Assembly: GCF_001194135.2 (NCBI RefSeq)
Contig: NC_068991.1
Location: forward strand, 47,198,056-47,262,055
Length of the DNA stretch: 64,000 nucleotides
From: Octopus bimaculoides
Lineage: Eukaryota
Direction of reading: 5' to 3'
The notes below the pieces were generated by a model. The model did no database searches. It saw only the letters and a list, made by a program, of their open reading frames with translations, and was not told the origin of the DNA. Below, in pieces: positions 63,181 through 64,000 of the stretch; positions within the stretch are counted from its first letter, which is position 1, and each line of letters begins with the position of its first letter. The position numbers and the translations under genes are program-made.

Positions 63181-63477
63181 ACCTTCCGGAATTCTCCAAG
63201 TCTGACTTTTCTAAGCTGATAGCATCGAGCATGGAGTCTGTTGATGGCAATAATGCAGTACATGTAATGTTTTCGCTTCCGTTACCAGTACTACTGTCAC
63301 TGCCTTCGATTTCGTGTATCACAGTTGTTGATGATGAGGATGATGTAGTTGTTGTGGTGGTGGTGGTGGTGGTTGTTGCTGCTGTTGTTGTCGTCGTCAT
63401 GGTTGTCGTGGTGGTGGTGGTTATCACAGCTACTTCATGGTCCTGATCCTCTCCTCCAGACAATGATGTGCGTCTCC
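63181..63477 (-). CDS. RALGAPA1: RalGAP-alpha exon (RRTSLSGGEDQDHEVAVI-polyThr-...EKSDLENSGR), phase 1/1
   Basis: Acceptor ctattgcag, donor GTAAGT, open 297 nt, phase matches the next exon. Low-complexity, so homology is weak. Confidence 0.7.
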
Positions 63478-63854
63478 CTGCAATAGACAGAACCAGTCAA
63501 TATGGAGCAGCCAGCTAAGAACAGCTGTTAAAATATTAGGCAATCTTTATTTATTCGTTCTCCTTTTGTTACCTCATTGACTCATCTCCAGAATATTACC
63601 AATATTTCTTTTATCAAAAGCTGAACCAAGAAAAAGGTTATGGTAACCAAAGCAGAACTTTAACTCCGAAATGAAGAAGAGAAAAAAAAAAAGAAAAAAC
63701 AGGACTAGGTTTTTAATTTTAGTACCAGTACTAACAAACTACACGACACATGACACCACTAACATTGACTCAACTAACAAGTGTCACTAATATATAATGT
63801 GAGAGAGGGATGTGACAGGAGAGGAGATATGGATAGAAAGTGAGACATACAGGG

Positions 63855-64000
63855 AGAGAGTGTGAGATGGACAGAGTGGGAGAGAGTGTGAGAGAGTGTG
63901 AGATGGACAGAGTGGGAGAGAGTGTGAGAGAGTGTGAGATGGACAGAGTGGGAGAGAGTGTGAGAGAGTGTGAGATGGACAGAGTGGGAGAGAGTGTGAG
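63855..64000. repeat. 36-bp minisatellite (agatggacagagtgggagagagtgtgagagagtgtg)n
   Basis: About 4 perfect units running off the window end. Confidence 0.9.

Larger units (their letters stand above)
14131..63477 (-). other. RALGAPA1: Ral GTPase-activating protein subunit alpha gene, 3' half (24 exons seen; 5' part outside window)
   Basis: Manual exon chaining gives recognisable RalGAP-alpha segments ([87 protein letters not shown]). All introns are GT-AG with matching phases. RALGAPA1 and RALGAPA2 cannot be distinguished; the symbol denotes the family orthologue. Confidence 0.95.

Noticed and set aside
63181-63183. Alternative GT donor 2 nt upstream (AG|GTGTAA)
   Set aside because: It gives phase 2 and breaks frame with the next exon; GTAAGT at 63180 is consensus and in phase.
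61920-63446. Plus-strand ORFs at 61920-62171 and 63231-63446 (also 44118-44392)
   Set aside because: Antisense shadows of real minus-strand exons.

Overview
AT-rich, microsatellite- and transposon-dense animal genomic DNA with 10 N-gaps. The repeat landscape looks like Octopus (inference from recalled repeat families, not a database hit). One protein-coding gene is present, on the minus strand: the 3' half of a Ral GTPase-activating protein alpha subunit (RALGAPA1/2 orthologue). I reconstructed 24 GT-AG exons from 63477 down to 14145 (about 1120 codons). Splice phases agree at every junction. The gene includes the RapGAP-type domain with the catalytic Asn-thumb motif [13 protein letters not shown], and its 5' half lies beyond the right edge. 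One expected exon is not visible and probably sits in the N-gap at 25399-25522. An 18-nt in-phase microexon candidate lies at 31282-31299. Introns and flank contain two dead mariner copies sharing the same stop codons, a DD37D maT remnant, hAT-, Tigger- and piggyBac-type MITEs, RTE and R4/Dong-type LINE fragments, and several tRNA-derived SINE families. The most unusual signals are two unrelated intronic repeats carrying type I hammerhead ribozyme folds in inverted or tandem (Penelope-like) arrangements. One of them (14533-14982) has a tRNA-like Pol III head and an 11-bp target-site duplication.
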